In this document: positions 60,015 through 64,000 of the stretch, piece after piece | How positions within the stretch are numbered: position 1 is the stretch's first letter | How the letters are laid out: each line of letters starts with the position of its first letter | DNA from: an uncultured Acidimicrobiales bacterium | GTDB taxonomy: Bacteria; Actinomycetota; Acidimicrobiia; Acidimicrobiales; SZUA-35 | DNA length: 64,000 nt | Direction: 5' to 3' | NCBI GenBank assembly: GCA_963775125.1 | Contig: CAVZHQ010000004.1 | Coordinates: 7,549 to 71,548 of the forward strand | The notes under the pieces: model-generated | Databases searched by the model: none | What the model saw: the letters and a program-made list of their open reading frames with translations, nothing else | Told to the model about the DNA's origin: nothing | Program-made: the position numbers and the translations under genes

Positions 60015-61387
60015 CGTCTCCGTCCCTGTGATGGCGCTGACTCGACTCCCGTCGAGAACATTTCTGGGCCCAACCGGATGCCGTGGTCGGCAAGCTTCTG
60101 AGCGAACTTCGGTCGGACGCCGGTCGGCTTGAGCTGACCCTTGAAGCGACCCTGCTCATCGACACCGGCGCTGTAGTCGAACAGGAAGACGTCCTGAAGC
60201 GTGACCACTTCACCTTCCATACCCGCGACCTCGGTGATGTGGGTGATGCGCCGGCTGCCGTCTCGGAGGCGCTGGAGCTGCACGATCATGTCGACGGCGC
60301 TGGCGATCTGTTCGCGGATGGCTCGAACCGGGAGGTCGTATCCCGCCATGAGCACGAGCGTCTCGAGGCGGCTCAGCGTGTCACGAGGGTTGTTGGCATG
60401 CAGTGTGGTCAACGAGCCGTCGTGTCCGGTGTTCATGGCCTGGAGCATGTCCAAGGCCTCGCCAGAGCGGCACTCTCCGACCACGATGCGGTCGGGCCGC
60501 ATACGGAGCGTGTTCTTGACCAGGTCCCGGATGGAGACCTCGCCCTTGCCTTCCACGTTCGGTGGGCGAGTCTCGAGCGACAGAACGTGGTCCTGCGCGA
60601 GCTGGAGTTCCTTTGCGTCCTCGACGGTGATGATGCGCTCGTCGGAGGGGATGAAGGAGGACAGCACGTTGAGGGTCGTGGTCTTACCGGTGCCGGTGCC
60701 GCCGGCGACCACCACGTTGAGCTTGCCGACGATGCAGGCCTGCAGGAACCGAGCAGCGTGCACGCTGAGCGTGCCGAAGCGGATCAGGTCGTCGATGCGC
60801 AGCGGATCGGCGGCGAACTTTCGAATGGTGAGGAACGGTCCGCCGACCGCCAGCGGCGAGATGACCGCGTTGACTCGGGAACCGTCCGGGAGGCGGGCGT
60901 CACAGAGCGGTGAGGACTCGTCGATACGGCGGCCGACCTGGGCGACGATCTTGTCGATGATGCGACGGAGGTGCATCTCGTCGACGAAGGTGACGTCATC
61001 GAGGGTGAGCTTGCCGCTGCGCTCCACGTAGATCTGTTTCGGACCGTTGCACATGATCTCGGAAACGTCGTCGTCGCGGAGCAGCTTGTCGATCGGTCCG
61101 TACCCGAGGATGTCATCGGAAACGTCCTGGATCAGCTGCGCCTTGTCGGCGGCCGAGAGCGGCGTGCGTTCCTGGGCGATGGCGCTGTGCAGGGCCTCGT
61201 GGACCTTGCGTCGCAGATCATCTTCCTCGAGACGCTTGTCGTAGAGGATCGGCCCGAGCTCTTCGATGAGCGCCGAGTGGACCCGATGCCGAAGCTCGTC
61301 CAGGCCGGGATCTTTCCGATGACTCAACGGCGCGGACCCACCACCGGATCCGCCTCCCGTTTCGTGAAGTCTCTTGTAAAGCGACAT
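60011..61387 (-). CDS. cpaF: CpaF/TadA-family pilus assembly ATPase
   Basis: 458 aa. Walker A GGTGTGKTT, Asp box, Walker B and His box (TGHDGSLTTLHAN). Confidence 0.9.
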   Translation of the reverse strand: MSLYKRLHETGGGSGGGSAPLSHRKDPGLDELRHRVHSALIEELGPILYDKRLEEDDLRRKVHEALHSAIAQERTPLSAADKAQLIQDVSDDILGYGPIDKLLRDDDVSEIMCNGPKQIYVERSGKLTLDDVTFVDEMHLRRIIDKIVAQVGRRIDESSPLCDARLPDGSRVNAVISPLAVGGPFLTIRKFAADPLRIDDLIRFGTLSVHAARFLQACIVGKLNVVVAGGTGTGKTTTLNVLSSFIPSDERIITVEDAKELQLAQDHVLSLETRPPNVEGKGEVSIRDLVKNTLRMRPDRIVVGECRSGEALDMLQAMNTGHDGSLTTLHANNPRDTLSRLETLVLMAGYDLPVRAIREQIASAVDMIVQLQRLRDGSRRITHITEVAGMEGEVVTLQDVFLFDYSAGVDEQGRFKGQLKPTGVRPKFAQKLADHGIRLGPEMFSTGVESAPSQGRRR

Positions 61388-61472
61388 CTTGTCCTCAGCC
61401 CACTCTCACTTGCTCGATCATTGGGTCAGTCCCGTACTCGGTCAGGGAACCTGGTCTCCGAGGAGATCCCGG

Positions 61473-62804
61473 TTAGCCCCGCTTGAAGAGGCGGCGACCG
61501 CCTGGTGTATTGGTCGGCCGTTGTGCGGCTCCGTTGAGGAAACGCATGGCCAATTGCTCGATGGCCTTCGCCACCTCGCTTCGTGGCGCCGACAGGACCA
61601 CGGGAGATCCCTTGTTCACCGAAATCGGCACCACGACGTCGGACGGCACGTGGGCCACCGCGTGGATGTGAAGCGTCTTCTCCACCTCGGCAACATCGAG
61701 CTTGACCTTGGAGTCGGCTCGGTTGAGTACCAGCTGGACCTTCTCCATCGGAACGCTCAACTGCTTCAGCGTCGTCAGGCCGATCTTGACGTTCTTGATG
61801 TTCGGGATGTCCAGGCCGGCGACCAGAATGATGTGGTCGCTCACCTCGAGGAGGCTCAGCACCACATCGTTGAAATAGGCCGGGAGATCGATGATGACGT
61901 GGCCGGCGATCGAGCGGACGAGCTCGACCAGGCGAACCATCTGCTCGCCGTTGATCTGATCAGCGAACGTCGGCTCGGTCGGCGCCGCCATCACCAGCAG
62001 CCCCGAGGGCTCGTGGACGGACATGAGGTCTCGGAGCAGCGCCGCATCGAGTTTGTCGAGCTGGGAGATCGCGTCGACAACGGTGTGCTGCGGCTGGATC
62101 TTCAGCATGACCGCGTCATCACCGAACTGCAGATGGCCGTCGATCAGTACGACCGGCCGATCCGACATGCGGGCCAGCGCAACCGCCACGTTCGTCGCGA
62201 TGACCGACTTGCCCGACCCGCCCTTGGTCGAGAAGACCGTGATGACCTCGCCCGGCTCGCCGTCGATGAGTTCCACCGGTGCTGCCTGTCCCGACGCCAT
62301 CATCGTGCGAGGAGCGCCAAAGCCGCCGAGGCTCTCGGCAACACGGCCGACGGTGTCGATCAGCTGCATCTGGTCGATCGGTGCGGTCAGCACGTCCTTG
62401 ACACCAGCGCGGAGCGCCGTGTGCAGCAGGGTAGTGGACAGCTCGCTGGTCACCAGGATGGCGCCAACCTCAGGGTTCGTTCGACTCCAGCGTTCCACCA
62501 CGGCCAAATCGGTCGGGTCGATACACGAGGGACCCAGGATCACCACGATCGGCGACATACCGAAGCGGCTCTCGAGTTCGAGCAGGGTGGTGGCGGTAGC
62601 CACACCCTGCCCGAGCTGCTGAGCGAGGTAGTCCCGGACCGCTTGATCGGCGTCGACCACCGCGAGCGCTGCGCCGTTCGGGAGGCCAATGTCCGCACTG
62701 AAGTCATCGGCATCGGACGGCGTTCCGTGGCCATGGCCCGGATCATCGAAGGACGAGAAGTCGTCGAGTCCGAAGCTGTCGAAGTCAGTGAAGTGATCGG
62801 TCAT
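61473..62804 (-). CDS. cpaE: CpaE/TadZ-like protein (receiver-like N-domain + MinD/ParA-type ATPase)
   Basis: 443 aa. Deviant Walker A FSTKGGSGKSVIATNVAVALA and an acidic N-terminal tail. Confidence 0.8.
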   Translation of the reverse strand: MTDHFTDFDSFGLDDFSSFDDPGHGHGTPSDADDFSADIGLPNGAALAVVDADQAVRDYLAQQLGQGVATATTLLELESRFGMSPIVVILGPSCIDPTDLAVVERWSRTNPEVGAILVTSELSTTLLHTALRAGVKDVLTAPIDQMQLIDTVGRVAESLGGFGAPRTMMASGQAAPVELIDGEPGEVITVFSTKGGSGKSVIATNVAVALARMSDRPVVLIDGHLQFGDDAVMLKIQPQHTVVDAISQLDKLDAALLRDLMSVHEPSGLLVMAAPTEPTFADQINGEQMVRLVELVRSIAGHVIIDLPAYFNDVVLSLLEVSDHIILVAGLDIPNIKNVKIGLTTLKQLSVPMEKVQLVLNRADSKVKLDVAEVEKTLHIHAVAHVPSDVVVPISVNKGSPVVLSAPRSEVAKAIEQLAMRFLNGAAQRPTNTPGGRRLFKRG

Positions 62805-62872
62805 CGTGATTTCTCCGCGGGCGTTGGTGGGGGGTACGTCTGAAGGACAGGGGCCGGGGCGGCCGCCGTCTA

Positions 62873-63790
62873 CTACTGGTCGGCGTTCTCGTCGGACTCG
62901 GGGGTGGGCGCAACGATCTCGATGCCGAGATACGGCGTGAGACGAGCAGCGTCCTCACCAGGAAGCACCGACTCTTCGAGCGTCAGCGGCGGGATGGGCC
63001 GCGGGGTGTAGGTCGACGGGATCAGCGAGAGATAGATGTTCTCGGTCCCGACGCCCAGGATGCGCTGCACGGCCTCTGGCGGAACCGCCAAGGTGATCAG
63101 ACCCTGGTTGGCCGGGGCCTGCCCGGCGACTGGGGTGCCGTCTTCGTTGGTTTCCACCGAGGCACCGAGGTCGGCGGTGAGTACACGGTCGACGGCCAGT
63201 ACCTCGACCCGCTGGTACAAGTACCGCACGTCGGTGGTGTACGGACGAAGGCGAGGATCGGTCGGGGCAGCAGCGGCCGCGGGATCGACTTCACCGCTGC
63301 CGGCGGCCGACTTGACCAACACGTTGACGAAGTCACCGGGTTCGATCATGTAGGCAGCTGCGCCGACCTGGTCGAGCGACATGGTCAAGGTGGTCATGTT
63401 CTTCTCCTCCAGTCGGTCGGTGACGCCGGTGGCGACGACGCTCGGGGCAACGAACTGGCCGGCCACCAAGATGGTGTTGGCCGGCAGCTCGGTGACGGCA
63501 ACCAAGCCGGCGAGCTCGGTCGCCGGGTCCTGGATGGCCGTGGCCGGGAAGAAGTTCACGGGGATCTCTTGCTGGACGATCAGGTTCGTCGCCAGGACCT
63601 GCGCTGCCGTGGTCCCCCTCGGGATGGGCTCGTTCACCATCCAAACCGTTTTCAACTGTTGACCCTCTTCAGCCGCGGTCTCGAGTCCGCGAACGTAGAA
63701 GAGCAAGCCGACAGCCGATAGGGCTCCGACAGCGATTGCTACTAGAAGGATGATTACTCGTCGTGAACTCACGCCACGCTCCTGGTCCAC
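62873..63790 (-). CDS. cpaB: Flp pilus assembly protein CpaB/RcpC
   Basis: 305 aa. An N-terminal TM helix, then SAF/RcpC-like beta domains (EPIPRGTTAAQV, LPANTILVAGQF). Confidence 0.75.
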   Translation of the reverse strand: MDQERGVSSRRVIILLVAIAVGALSAVGLLFYVRGLETAAEEGQQLKTVWMVNEPIPRGTTAAQVLATNLIVQQEIPVNFFPATAIQDPATELAGLVAVTELPANTILVAGQFVAPSVVATGVTDRLEEKNMTTLTMSLDQVGAAAYMIEPGDFVNVLVKSAAGSGEVDPAAAAAPTDPRLRPYTTDVRYLYQRVEVLAVDRVLTADLGASVETNEDGTPVAGQAPANQGLITLAVPPEAVQRILGVGTENIYLSLIPSTYTPRPIPPLTLEESVLPGEDAARLTPYLGIEIVAPTPESDENADQ

Positions 63791-63895
63791 TCACCGGGTG
63801 GCTTTCACCCGTTCCGTACTGACTCAGGAGTTCATGTCGGCCGGAGTGGGCCCTCGACTTAGAAGTTCTTGATCAAATGTTCTCCGGAATACGGC

Positions 63896-63932
63896 AAAGG
63901 CCCCGGACCTGGGTGACAGGTACGGGGCCTTT
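63896..63932 (-). terminator. stem-loop upstream of the cpaB operon, possible terminator of the preceding minus-strand gene
   Basis: AAAGGCCCCG-(17 nt)-CGGGGCCTTT. Short T/A runs on both sides. Confidence 0.3.
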
Positions 63933-64000
63933 GGGTGCGAGAACAGCAACCGAGGCGAGCGCTCGGTCGAGTGTCCTCAGGTGAAATCAGACGAGATCAG

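Overview
High-GC, actinobacterial-type chromosome segment with three parts. (1) 1-3.3 kb holds signalling genes: a PAS histidine kinase (5-prime partial), a CheY-like receiver and an Hpt-REC-GGDEF diguanylate cyclase. (2) About 3.34-30.49 kb is a roughly 27 kb accessory, mosaic and visibly decayed region that ends at a tRNA-Leu(GAG) gene (30406-30489, minus). It carries eight co-oriented copies of the tRNA 3-prime-end motif TGTCGGAG, but only remnants of recombinase and transposase genes and no intact integrase. It also carries toxin-antitoxin modules (MazEF-like, ParDE, an extra ParE-like ORF, one unclassified pair). A catabolic block encodes acyl-CoA ligase, crotonase, a three-domain molybdenum hydroxylase, an SDR, an MBL hydrolase and PaaX. 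Two paralogous nucleotidyltransferase-centred blocks of small uncharacterised proteins include a Barstar-like domain. (3) 30.5-64 kb is core genome: two family-5 solute-binding proteins, secG-tpiA-pgk-gap, yvcK-rapZ, a methyltransferase, uvrC, uvrA, uvrB, coaE, a GAF histidine kinase with a LuxR-type regulator, three tandem flp pilin genes, an LLM oxidoreductase and a tad/cpa pilus operon. About 14 reading frames are broken by single-base indels. Several of these sit in short homopolymers, and uvrA and uvrC are affected, so assembly error must be excluded before calling pseudogenes. I saw no rRNA, CRISPR array, cas gene, reverse transcriptase or intact integrase. The most unusual signals are: (a) a family of ~72 bp repeats that look like tRNA-Leu 3-prime ends but also behave like orphaned gene 3-prime ends; (b) the duplicated NTase modules, one coupled to a ParE-like ORF and one to an immunity-like/Barstar pair split by an in-frame TGA; (c) direct repeats bracketing the catabolic block. 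All functional calls rest on motif recognition by eye; no database search was possible.
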